From contig NC_082730.1 in assembly GCF_030144855.1 (NCBI RefSeq), positions 15,686,001 through 15,750,000 of the forward strand: 64,000 nucleotides of DNA. Direction: 5' to 3'. Position 1 is the first letter of the stretch, and each line of letters opens with the position of its first letter. A program made the position numbers and the translations under genes. The notes under the pieces were generated by a model. The model was given only the letters and a program-made list of their open reading frames with translations, searched no databases and was not told where the DNA came from. Of the stretch, positions 12,866-25,030 are shown piece by piece. Source of the DNA: Hypanus sabinus (taxonomy: Eukaryota).

Positions 12866-13042
12866 CTCTGACCTCTCTCATTAACAAGGCAATTTTGGGG
12901 GGACGTCACGTGATGACGTAGGATCGAGACGCTGGAACTCAGCCCTCCCGTAAAAAAGTTAATAAATTAATGTTTAAGTGAAGAAAAGTCAATCAATACT
13001 TTTTTAAGGTTACTCATAAACTACTCTGGATTGTTTTAAGCT

Positions 13043-14112
13043 ATGCCTCATAAACAGAGGATGAAGAAAACTACTTCTGCGAAGACCGCTCAAGTTGGAA
13101 CAGAATCAAGGCTTACTTCTACCGAAGAACCGCGGACTCAGGTACAACACACCACCGGTGAAACAGAAAAGGAGACTGCGGCAGCATTGGCCATTTCTAA
13201 AGGAAAAGATCAACGAGAACTGTGCAAGCGTAAAGGAACGAGCATGCGCAAACGAGTGCAACCAGAACTACAAAACCCAGCAACGACTGAAACCAACAGT
13301 GAAAGTGAGTCTGAGAGAGAGTCGGACTCTCTGGAAAAATCAGACGAAGATGGAGAAGAAGAAGAAGATGAAAGTTCCTCTGAAAACACAAAAAAGACTT
13401 TGAGGCAAATAATGCATAAATTAGAAAAATTAAATGCATTAAAAGTAATTAAAGAAAAAATAACAAAAATGGAGGCTATGTTTGATAAAATGACAAACAA
13501 ACAGGAAAAAATGGAAAAGAAAATTACAGATTTGGAAGTCAAAGTGGAAGAAATGGATGGAAGAATGAAGAAGATGGAAGATGATAATGATGCCTGGACA
13601 TCAGAAAGAAAACAACTCGTGGGAAAAATTGATAAGCTCGAAAATTTTAGTAGACGCAACAATATTAAAATTGTTGGACTTAAAGAAGGTACTGAAGGAG
13701 AAGACCCAATAAATTTTTTTCAAAAATGGATACCTGAAAAATTGGAAATGGGAGAAGAAACTTCAATTGAGATTGAAAGGGTGCACAGAGCCTTAAGACC
13801 AAGATCTCAAGATGATCAAAATCCGCGATCAATTCTGATAAGATGTTTAAGATACCAGGATAAAGAAAAGATTTTGAAGGCAGCTGCCCAAGGTGCTAAA
13901 AGAAGAAAAGGTCCATTGATGATAGCAGAGAAACCAGTTCTTTTTTATCCTGATATAAGTTATAACCTTTTATGTTTTATGGAAAAAAGGTTATAAGTTT
14001 TTAATGCGTCACCCAGCAATACTGATAATTTTTTTGGAGGAGGGAAAAAGATTTTTTTCTGATTATCGAGAAGCGGAGGTGTTCGCACAAAAACTCCCAT
14101 CTCTTCGCTAAT
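13043..14112 (+). pseudogene. L1 ORF1p (coiled coil and RRM, frameshift near the C-terminus)
   Basis: Heptad-rich segment, then LENFSRRNNIKIVGLKEG, IERVHR, PRSILIR, FYPDIS; deletion/frameshift near 13970; shifted frame ends TAA at 14110-14112. Confidence 0.9.
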
Positions 14113-14565
14113 TAAACGTAGAGACTTTTAAATATAATGGTTAAAGATGAAGACAGAGATAGTGAATGGAACTGATGGACATTTAAGGACGATATAAGGG
14201 AGAAAAGTAAAATTTTAGAAATAATAACTGAGAATAGTATGTTTTTTTTATATATATACTTTTTATGTTGCGGGGGGGCTGGGGAGCTTTGAATCGGCTA
14301 CTACGGGATTCACGTGTGTAATCATAGCGATTGCCATGACCCGTACAATAGAGGGGGGTAATGTTGTGTTTTTTTTTCTTTCACAACATTAGTAGGGGGG
14401 TATTTTGTTTTTTTCTTTACTTTCTATTTTTCTTCTATTCTTTTGCCTGGATGATTGGTGGGGACACACATAGCAACATGGAGACTTCTAAAAAGATTTC
14501 CCAGGATACAATGAAAGTTTAAAGATTAGATATTATTATAGATTGGAGTAACATAATTAAAAATA

Positions 14566-17500
14566 ATGACTAATCTATTGAATTTTTTTAAGTTTTAATG
14601 TTAATGGGCTTAATGGACCAATAAAAAGAAAAAGAATTTTAACATATATTTAAAAAATGAAAATAGATATAGCTTTCTTACAAGAAACTCATTTAACGGA
14701 TGTAGAACATCAGAAATTAAAAAGAGACTGGGTTGGAAATGTTATTGCAGCTTCATTTAACTCAAAGGCGAGAGGAGTTGCAATTTTGGTTAATAAAAAT
14801 TTACCAATTAAAATACAAAATGTATTAACTGATTCGGCAGGAAGATATTTAATTATACATTGTCAAATTTTTTCAGAACTATGGACTCTTATGAATATTT
14901 ATGCACCAAATGAAAATGATGTAAAATTTATACAGGAGGTTTTTTTGAATTTGGCTAACGCACATGATAAAATATTAATAGGTGGAGATTTTAATTTTTG
15001 TTTAGATCCAGTTTTAGATAGATCAACAAAGGCTATTACAAAATCAAAAGTAGCAAAATTAACTCTATCATTGATGAAAGATTTAAATTTGAATGATATA
15101 TGGAGAAGAATCAATCCAAAAGAAAGGGATTATTCATTCTATTCAAATAGACATAAAACATACTCTAGGATAGATTTTTTCCTATTATCAACAAATACTC
15201 AAGATAGAGTGAAAAATGTGGAATATAAAGCAAGAATATTGTCTGATCACTCTCCTTTAATAATGACAATGACAATGATAGATAAAGAGGAATCAATTTA
15301 TAGATGGAGATTTAATTCAATTCTATTAAAACGTCAAGATTTTTGTGATTTTATGAAAAAGCAGATTCAGTTCTTTTTAGATACAAATTTACATTCAGTT
15401 GATGATAAATTTATATTATGGGAAGCAATGAAAGCATATTTGAGAGGCCAGATAATAAGTTATACTTCTAAAATTAAGAAGGAATATATGATAGAAATAG
15501 ATCAAGTGGAAAAAGAGATTATAAAATTAGAAAAAGAATCTCAAAGAAATATGACAGAAGAAAAACGAAGACAACTTATTAATAAGAAGTTAAAATATAA
15601 TACACTCCAGACATATCGAACAGAAAAAGTAATTATTAGAACTAAACAGAGATATTATGAACTAGGTGAAAGATCACATAAAGTTCTTGCATGGCAGTTA
15701 AAAACAGATCAGATTTCCAAAGCAATAAATGCAATTCGAACAAAAGTGAATGAAATTACTTATAAGCCTCTAGAAATTAATGAGGCTTTTAAGAATTTTT
15801 ATTCTGAGTTGTATAAATCAGAATCAAAGAATGATGATATTAAGATAGAAGAATTTTTATCACAAATAACTCTTCCAAAATTAAATACAGAAGAACAAAA
15901 GGGATTAGATACGTCTTTAACATTGAAGGAAGTTGAGGAAGCTTTGGGATCACTTCAAAGTAATAAATCTCCAGGTGAAGATGGTTTTCCACCTGAATTT
16001 TATAAAAAGTTTAAAGATTTATTAATTCCTCCTTTTATGGAGTTAATATATCAAGCGGAAGGAACACATAAACTTCCAGAATCTTTTTCAACAGCTATTT
16101 TAATAGTATTGCCAAAAAAAGATAGAGACCTTTTAAAACCAGCATCATTTTTAAACACCGATTATAAAATAATAGCAAAAATCTTATCTAATAGATTGTC
16201 TAAATGCTTACCAAAATTAGTGCATATGGATCAAACAGGATTTATCAAAAATAGACAATCGGCAGATAATGTAACCCGGTTATTTAGTATAATCCATTTA
16301 GCGCAAAAGAGGGAGGAAATGAGTGTGGCAGTTGCTTTAGATGCAGAAAAAGCATTTGATAGATTGGAATGGGATTTTTTATTTAAGGTATTGGAAAAAT
16401 ATGGATTAGGAACATCATTTATAAAATGGATTAAAACCTTAAATACTAATCCCAAAGCTAAAGTAGTGACAAATGGTCAAATTTCAACATCATTTCAGTT
16501 AACAAGATCAACTAGGCAAGGTTGCCCATTATCACCTGCTTTGTTTGTGTTGGCAATAGAACCACTAGCTGAATTAATTAGAATGGATCCAGATATTAAG
16601 GGTTTCAGAGTTAATCAGGAAGAATACAAGATTAACTTATTTGCTGATGATGTTCTACTTTATTTAACAGATCCACTACATTCACTACGCAAATTATCCT
16701 ATAGATAAGAAGAATATGGGAAAATATCGGGTTATAAAATAAATTAGGATAAAAGTGAAATTTTACCTCTTACTAAAGGAGATTATAATCAATGTCGATT
16801 AATAACTCAATTTAGATGGCCAACAAATGGTATAAAATATTTAGGTATAAGAGTTGATAATGACATAAAAAACTTATACAAATTAAATTATTTACCACTT
16901 TTGAAAAAAATTCAGGAAGATCTTGATAAATGGATGGCATTACCAATAACATTAGTAGGTAGAGTAAATACTATAAAAATGAATATATTCCCTAGACTAC
17001 AATATTTATTTCAATTATTACCAATACAATTACCCCAGAAGTTTTTTCAAGAGTTAAACAAATATGTGAGGAAATTTCTCTGGAAAGGTAAGATGTCAAG
17101 AATATCGTTGGAAAAATTGACATGGAAATTTGATCTAGGAGGATTACAACTTTCAAATTTTAAGAATTATTATAAAGCAAATCAACTTAGATTTATTGCA
17201 TCTTTTTTCGAGAAAGATAAACTGGCATGGGTTAGAATAGAACTAGATGAAATAGGAGAAAACGTACCAGAAGATTTTATATACAAATGGGAATCTAAAT
17301 GGATACGGGAAAAGAAAGGATCTCCTATATTAAAACATTTGATTGATTTATGGAATAAGATAAATGTTGATGATGAGACAAAAAAATCTTTATTAGCAAA
17401 GAGATCTTTAATTCAAAATAGACTTATTCCTTTCACAACGGACAATCAACTTTTATATAATTGGATTCAAAAAGGGATTAGATATATAGGGAATTGTTTT

Positions 17501-18328
17501 GAAGGAGGTATATTAATGTCATTTGATCAATTAAAGAATAAATATAAAGTATCAAATAATACTTTATTTTGTTACTTTCAATTAAGGGCTTATTTAAGAG
17601 AAAAATTAGGTCAAACAATGTTATTGCCGAAACCTAATGAAATAGAAATTTTAATTTAAAAAGGAAATATTAAAAAATTTGTATCTTGTATGTATAATTT
17701 GATTCAAAAACAGGCAATTAAACAAGGAGTTCATAAGTCAAGACAAAAATGGGAAAGTGATTTGAATATTAAAATTGAAGAAACAAATTGGTCAAGACTA
17801 TGTCTTGATAGCATGACAAATACAATAAATGTTCGGTTAAGATTAGTGCAGTATAATTTTCTACATCAATTATATATTACACCACAAAAAATAAATAAAT
17901 TAAATCCAAACTTATCGGATCAGTGTTTCCGATGTAACCGGGAAACTGGTACTTTTTTACATTCTACATGGTCTTGTTCTAAAATTCAACCTTTTTGGAC
18001 AAATTTAAGACTTTTACTGGAACAAATTACAGGAACACAATTTCCTCATAATCCAATATTACTCTTATTAGGTGATATTGAAGGGATAAAACCAAAACTC
18101 AAACTAAATAAATACCAGAAAGAATTTATAAAAATTGCACTGGCAGTAGCCAAAAGAGCTATTGCAGTTACTTGGAAATCGGATACATATTTAAGTATAG
18201 ATTCTTGGAAGAAAGAAATTTATGGCTGTATTCCATTAGAAAAAATTACTTATAATTTAAGAGATAAATATGAAACATTTCTGAAAATTTGGAGCCCTTA
18301 TTTACAAAAGACAGGATTAAATCTATAA
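14566..18328 (+). pseudogene. L1 ORF2p (APE endonuclease, RT, C-terminal Cys-rich domain)
   Basis: FNVNGLN, FLQETH, GGDFN, YSRIDFF, LSDHSP, KSPGEDG, LDAEKAFD, TRQGCPLSP, LFADD, CFRC...HSTWSC; +1 frameshift in the T-run near 14585, stops at 14651, 16706 and 17657, short in-frame deletion (YRPISL missing). Confidence 0.93.
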
Positions 18329-18959
18329 ATGTTCTGAAGATGAAACAATTGGTTATTTGGGGAAAGAAATAAATATACATATTAAAGTTATTATGAATTC
18401 CATGGAGCATGTGGAGATCTTCCAACAACCAGGCAATCTTTCTTTCTTTTTTTTCTATAGGGCAGTTAGGGGGGAGGGGATAAGGGGAGGGGGGAAGGGT
18501 TATATACATTGTTTTTCCACACTTCATTTTGTAACTACTTAAAAATGCAATAAAAAAAGTTTAAAAAAAACAAGGCAATTTTGCTCAAAAAATTACTGCT
18601 GCTTGGATATTTCTTGTTTTTTGTACCATTCTCTGTAAATTCTGCAGATATTTGTGCAAGAAAATCCCAGGAGATTAGCACTTTCTGAGATACTCAAACC
18701 ACACAGTCTGGCACCACCTATCATTCCACAGTCAAAGTCAATTTAATACACTTCTTCCTCATTATGATGTTTGGCCTGAACAATAACCAAACCTCTTTAC
18801 TATGTCTGCATTGTTTTATGGACTGAATTGCTGCCACATGATCAGCTAATTAGCTATTTGTATTAACGAGCAGGTAAACAGGTGTATCTAATAAAGTGGC
18901 AGAAGTGTTTGATTTTCCAATATTCATTCAGTGTCTGAATATTTAGTAGTTTTCCAAAC

Positions 18960-19278
18960 AACCGGTGTCTGTTCCTGTGCTTCGATATCTGTCTCCTGCA
19001 AATGTCTCGTGTTGGGGGCTCTGTGTCAGTGTCCTGTGAGTCTGCAGTGGGATCCCTTCTCATTCAATATACATGGTATGAAAACATCTCATCTATGAAT
19101 TCAAAGATCTCTGAAAACAGTAAATTGGATCTACATTGACAATCCTTCGAACACCAACACCATCAATATTACTGCACAGCCTCGAATACTCATGAAGCAA
19201 AGTCTAGTGAAATAGTGAATGTGTCCAACTGCAACAAAGGAGGCAATTGGAGTCTTGTCATTCGATTCACTGGCACTG
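18960..19278 (+). pseudogene. Receptor copy 1: FcR/FcRL-type Ig C2 exon
   Basis: PVSVPVLRYLSPANVSC/GGSVSVSCESAVGSLLIQYTWYEN...LDLH*QSF...YYCTASNTH...VNVS; gtaagt donor; acceptor reads ccaaac where copy 2 has ccacag. Confidence 0.85.
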
Positions 19279-19519
19279 GTAAGTGGTGGAGGCTGTGAAT
19301 CATTAGGATGCTTGATTGAGTATAATGTACTGTTTTCAAGATTCAAGATTGCTTAATTTATTTCCAGCACACAAGCGTACAGAGAACTAAATAATTGTTA
19401 TCCCAGATCCAAGGCAGTATGAAAAAACACAATAAGATTCAACACAGGTTTCTATGTATCTAATTTTTAAATTACCCGATCTGAATGTTGATGATATGTG
19501 TCCTCATTTAAGATACTCT

Positions 19520-20250
19520 AATACGTGAAACTGGTTTGCCCACGGAAAGCAGAGGATGGCCATAGAGTGCATTCTGTCAAGAGGTGGTGACCAGTGGTAT
19601 TACACAACTACCTGTTGGCTCTTGTTCTCAATCCTCTGATTAATGAAGGCCTCTCCTTTTCAGGGACACCTGTCCTTTGTGCTTTCTATAAAGGGGCTTG
19701 ACTGAGGAAGTGGAAGGGTTGCTTCACATATTTGCCCAGAACAGAAATGTTAGTGATGCAGCGTGGAGTGTTTAAGATTGTCAAAGCTTACAGGATGCCG
19801 AGCTGGGCTGAGAAGTGGCAGATGGAGCTCTGGCTGGAAGACTGTGAAGTAATACATTTTGGAAGATGAAACTTGAAGGCAGAGTATAAGGTTAATGGCA
19901 TGATGTTGGGGTTGAGACCCAAATATCCTTCAAAGTTGACAGGCAAGTTGATTGGATGATGAAGAAGGCACATGCTGTGTTGACCTTCATTCATCGGAGT
20001 ATTGAAGTCGAGAGCCTCGAGGTAACGTTACAGTGCAAAAAATACTGGTTACTGCACACGTGGAGTACTGTGTTCATTTCTGGTCACCTCATTATGGGAA
20101 GGACATGGAAACCTCACAGGGTGCAGAGGAGATTTATGGTGATGCTGCCAAATGTATCAGGGATGTTTAAGGACTCTTAGATGGGCACATGGATGGTTGT
20201 GTGCTGTGTAGGGGGAAAGGTTAGATTGATTGCGGAGTAGGTATAAGGCT
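19520..20250 (+). mobile_element. Decayed CR1 fragment shared with copy 2 (31560-32350)
   Basis: RMPSWAEKWQME-like motif; same intronic position in both gene copies. Confidence 0.7.
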
Positions 20251-20877
20251 TGCCCCTGGGTCAGTTGTACGGGCATCCGAACTCTACTGCCCTGACTTCT
20301 ACTCTCTGAATGGCTCACTCCATCTGCATCAATTCTGTAACATACTATAATGGCTTAACCCCTTGAACTCGCCTCACCATCGCTTGCCTCCTCACCATTT
20401 GCAGTGATAACTTGAAGCAATTTACCTTGAAAAGATTTTCTAGTGATATTTTCAGTTGAAATTCTTGCTTTTCGAACTACCAGTGAGCCGTCACTCTTAT
20501 TCGGTAGCCCCATGTTAACCAGAGGTCTTTGTCCAACATCTCCACGTGCACTCAGTACAGAGCTGTGTTTGTCCCTCTGGTGGGCATTGTGACACCAACA
20601 GCAGATCTCCCAGAGCTGGCAGATGTCAGTTGCCTGGCTGCAACTTTCACTTCTGTCTGCATAGGATTAAATAGGGTTTGCAATCCCACCAATTCAAACC
20701 ATGTAACTCCCCCATCAACATCCGTGTTCAATATGCACAAGAAACAGAAATTACTCCCCTCCATGTAACCAATCAGCCTTTTACTCAAGGAATCAATATC
20801 CATCTGTCAATCGTGTGTACTTTCTTGGCCGCATCTGGAAACACATGAGACTGAATTTTCTTTCCTTGCCTCAACAG

Positions 20878-20923
20878 GGCATGAATATTCATGTGAAACA
20901 TTTAAAACAGTGTCAACTGCAAG
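20878..20923 (+). pseudogene. Receptor copy 1: 46-nt stalk exon
   Basis: ttccttgcctcaacag acceptor, gtaaat donor; phase 1 to 2 (GHEYSCETFKTVSTA); same size and phase at 33195-33240. Confidence 0.7.
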
Positions 20924-21554
20924 GTAAATCACTTAATCCAGTTCTGTTTAAATGTACAATGTACTCACTGCTGGTGCTATGATTGGTCCTGCTCCTATAT
21001 GAGAGATTATTAAAGGGTAAATTTCAGCTTTATTATACTGAATGCCTGTGAGATTATTACTTTCAGTTCTGCAACCAGTCATACAACCAATGCTCTACTA
21101 CATGTTTTAAGCCCAAGACTCCAAGATAAATTAATCTTTCTAAATATTCTGTAATAACTTGGACATCAAAGTTGATGTTAGTTTTTATTTTGGAAGTAGA
21201 TTATTGGAATGAGTAATGGATAAACACAAGGGATAACTTCACTCAACTTAATTTGCTCCATCATTGAAATGTTCTCACAACCAATGGACTCACTCCATGT
21301 CCTTCATATTTTTTGCTTATTTATTAATTATTATTTCTTATTTTGCTACTTGCACTGTTTGTTGTTTTCTGTACTCTGGTTGAACACTGGTGGTCTTCCA
21401 TTGATTCTATGTGGTTATTCATCTCTAGCTTTATTGAATAAGCCCACAAGAAAATGAATCTCAGAGCTGTATATGGTCACATATATGTACTTTGATAATA
21501 AATCTACTTTGAACTTTAAGCTTCAGGGTTCATATCCTGCTGTTGTGTAACAGA

Positions 21555-21860
21555 TTCATATGGTCCCAGAGTTGTACAACACAGACAAAGACCGTATGTC
21601 ATTCCAATGCGCATGCATCTACTGTTCTGTGCAAGTGTCTTGGGCACCTTCAATTGTTATATGGTTTCAGATGGTCTGGCCTCCACAGAGCCCTGAACAC
21701 AACATCAAGGCTGTGTGGAGAGACAGAAGCAACTGAGATAGCTAAGGTATGCAGAAGAACTGTGGCAAGTTCTCCAACATGCTTGGAACAACCTACCAGC
21801 TGATTTTCTTATTAAAACTGCATGACAATCTACTTAACAGAATTGATACAGTTTTAAAGA
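21555..21860 (+). mobile_element. Tc1 transposase C-terminal relic
   Basis: Decayed WPPQSP-NI-AVW...EELWQVLQHAWNNLPADFLIKLHD; orthologous relic at 33895-34330. Confidence 0.75.
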
Positions 21861-24005
21861 CATCTTTAAGGAGCTGTGCCTTAGAAAGGTGGCATCCATC
21901 ATTAAGGACCCCAACCAGGACATTCCCTCTTCTCATTGCTACCATTGGGAAGGAGATTAATTATTTTTGAAAGCATCTTTACTTGACACAACTATTTTAC
22001 ACATTCCTAAGATTTTTCACACTACTGTATATAAACCCTATCTTCCAGCACAAGACACAAAGCCTTCTATGGAGTTGTGACTTAAGATCTCATTCAGACA
22101 CTTCACAAACACTGACTGTGACTCAGTTTCTACCAGTCTCTGGGTAAAAAAAAAATCCATTCAAATCCCTATCTCATCTAGCTTTATTCATCTCTGAGAA
22201 TGGGAAAGTTTGCTGTCATCTATCTAACTTGAACATCTCCTAATTTTACATATTTCAGTCATATCCACTCTTAACCACAATGCTCAATGAAAAGCCAGCC
22301 TGGTCTCCTCTCATAATGTTTGTCCTTAAGAAATAAGAATCATTTGTGACACCCGAAGGGGTTGTCATGAGGTACTCTCCATAACTCTTCTGTCATTAAC
22401 CTCATTCCATGGTGTGAGATGAGTTATGTTTGTGAGTTTGCCAAACCCCAGGATGCTGCTTCCCCTTGCTCCGATATTCACTGACTCCAACATGGCAAGT
22501 AGAGCAATAAGGTAATAACCTATAGGGTTGGCCAATGTCTCAACAAGAGTAATTGCAGAAACAAATGTGTAATTTGTAGATGACACTCAGACAGTAAATA
22601 GGATTTTGAAGAATTACACAAGATCCTGATCAACTGGGTATTTGTGCTGAGGGGTAGCAAATGGAGTTTAATTCAGAAAAGTGCAAAATTTTGCATTTTC
22701 AAAAGTCAAATCAAGTAGGGTTTTTACAGTGATTGGTCAGGCTCTGGGAAGTGTTAAAGAACAATGGGATCTTGGAATTCAGGTAAACTCCTGAACATGG
22801 AGTCGACAGGGTAGTGAAGAAGGGATTTGGCATCAGTCAGACTAGACAAATTGAAAGGTAATGTTGCAGTTGTACAAGACAATTGGTGCGATGACACTTG
22901 GAGTATTGTGTTCAGCTTTGGTTCTCTGCTAAAGAAGAGATGTTATTGAACTGGATGAATTGTAGAAAAGTTTTCAAAGGACATATATATCACCGTATAC
23001 AACCCTGAGATTTGTTTTCATGTGGGCATACACAGTAATTTCAATAACCATAATTGAATCAATGAATGACTACAATGAAAGATGTCGCCATTGTCTTGAA
23101 ATAATTTGCTTTTATTCCTACATGGTTCCTACTTTCTTATCATCATAAGTGCATTTTATTCTGGCCATTTTCATTGCCCTGATTGATTTACCCCATTCTT
23201 TTCCCAAAATACAAAGTCTCTCATTGGTATTTCAGATCTTCTATTGTGATCTTCTGTTTTGAAACTGTTGATCTGAATTTCCCTTTGCCCAATATAGTTC
23301 AGGGAATAATGAGATATTTTTGATTGCCAATGGTTGTTCTTCTCAGTTCTATATTCAGTCATGCATCATTCATTGTATTTCTAGTCTACCTACATGGTCT
23401 CAACTTCTGTCTTCCTCACAGAATCAGAATCAGGTTTAATATCACTGGCACAGGCCATGAAATTTGAGGTTTTGTGGCAGAAATACCGTGCAATACATAA
23501 AAAAATATAAATTACAATAAGAAATAAGTAGTGCAAAAAAAAAGCAAAAAAAAAATGTGAGGCAGTCTCCATGGGTTGGTTCATTGTGCTTTCAGGAATC
23601 TGATGGCAGAGGGGAAGAATCTGTTCCTAAAACATTGAGTGTATGTCTTCATACTCCTTCCTCTACCTCCTCTCTGATAGTGACAATGAAATGAATTCAT
23701 GTCCTGTGTGGCACATACCTTACAGCTGTGTCCGGTTCCTCCAATGACATTTCAGTATCATAAAGGCAACTCTGCTCTTCATTATTAAATTCTCTATCAT
23801 TCCTAATTCCATTTTCACTTTGTACTTTCTATCTCAAAGGCATTATTTGTACATGACGAAGTCACAGTGATTATGTGCCTGCAACTGATGATCAAAGGTT
23901 GTTCCCATCCCCCACCCCACTGCTCAGTAAACTGCTAGTTTACTCTTCTGGTTGAACTCCTCTGGCTCTGCTTATTTACCTTGCTCCAATCCTCTAAGGT
24001 TACAG

Positions 24006-24017
24006 AGGAAACAGGAG
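24006..24017 (+). pseudogene. Receptor copy 1: putative 12-nt microexon
   Basis: ttacag|aggaaacaggag|gtaaat; frame-neutral, phase 2 to 2; conserved as aggagacaggag|gtaaat at 35926-35937. Confidence 0.4.
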
Positions 24018-24086
24018 GTAAATGTTTCAACTACAAAGCCATTTTGTTTCATCTCATCCGTTCTGTGTCTCTTCCTCTTTGGTCAG

Positions 24087-24243
24087 TTTCATGATATGGA
24101 AGGTGGTTCGTTGGCTGCTCTTCACTCTGCTGATGATTGGCACTTTTTCAGTCACATGGTTCACAAGAGAAATTTAGGAAGGTTTATGGACCTCAATGGA
24201 ATTTGCTTTCAAATATCCTGATCATTTGAAGGAAGACATTTAA
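24087..24243 (+). pseudogene. Receptor copy 1: transmembrane and short cytoplasmic tail exon (activating type, Arg in TM)
   Basis: cttcctctttggtcag acceptor; FMIWKVVRWLLFTLLMIGTFSVTWFTREI*EGLWTSMEFAFKYPDHLKEDI*; no ITIM. Confidence 0.8.
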
Positions 24244-24499
24244 ATACATTTAACTTATTGAATGCCCAATCCAAAGTTCTTTGCAGATCTGCAGATGCAG
24301 ATGATATGTGTGCAGAATGCTTGGTGTGAAATTATTGGAGTCCATCTCAAAAGTAGAGTTTCAAGTGTTGAAGGGTCTGATGACTTGACCATTGCCTTTT
24401 ACAGAGATATGATGAACCAGCTCCTTACAGACTGGTAAGGTAAAGTGAAGACTTCTGGATCACAGAGACTGTGCTGAAGTTTTGCAAGATCATATACTT

Positions 24500-25030
24500 C
24501 GAACACTACAGCACAGTACAGGCCCTTCAGCCCTCCATGTTTTGCCGACCCATATAATCATTTAAAAAAAGTACTAAACCCACACTACCCCATAACCCTC
24601 CATTTTTCTTTCATCCATGTGCCTGCCCAAGAGGCTCTTAAATATCCCTAATGTTTTAGCCACCACCACCATCCCTGGCAAGTCATTCCAGGCACTCACA
24701 ATCCTCTGTGTATAAAATAAATAAATAAATAAATTACCCCTGATGTCTCCCTAAACTTCCCTCCCTTAATTTTGTACATATGCCCTCTGGTGTTTGCTAT
24801 TGGTGCCCTGGGAAACAGGTACTGACTATCCACCCTATCTATGCCTCTTATAATCTTGTAGACCTCTATTGAGTCCCCTCTCATTCTTCTACACTCCAAA
24901 GAGAAAAGTCCTACCCCTGCTAACCTTGCTTCATATGACTTGTTCTCCAATCCAGGCAACATCCTGGTTAATCTCCTCTGCACCCTCTCCATAGCTTCCA
25001 CATCCTTCCAATAATGAGGTGACCAGAAAT
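24500..25030 (-). mobile_element. CR1 LINE 3' fragment with internal (TAAA)n
   Basis: CVHFWSPHYWKDVEAMERVQRRLTRMLPGLE...RGDSIEVYKIIRG. Confidence 0.88.

Larger units (their letters stand above)
12898..18568 (+). mobile_element. Near full-length L1-clade LINE (about 5.67 kb)
   Basis: 15-bp TSD aacaaggcaattttg at 12883-12897 and 18569-18583; CpG-rich 5' end; ORF1 and ORF2; aataaa and A-rich tail at 18549-18570. Confidence 0.96.

Noticed and set aside
13210-13662. 150-aa Ser/Phe-rich minus-strand ORF
   Set aside because: Antisense shadow of L1 ORF1 (acidic and coiled-coil region).
22340-22600. 73-aa minus ORF
   Set aside because: The distal half is decayed CR1 RT on the plus strand (FADDT relic); the remainder is unassignable.
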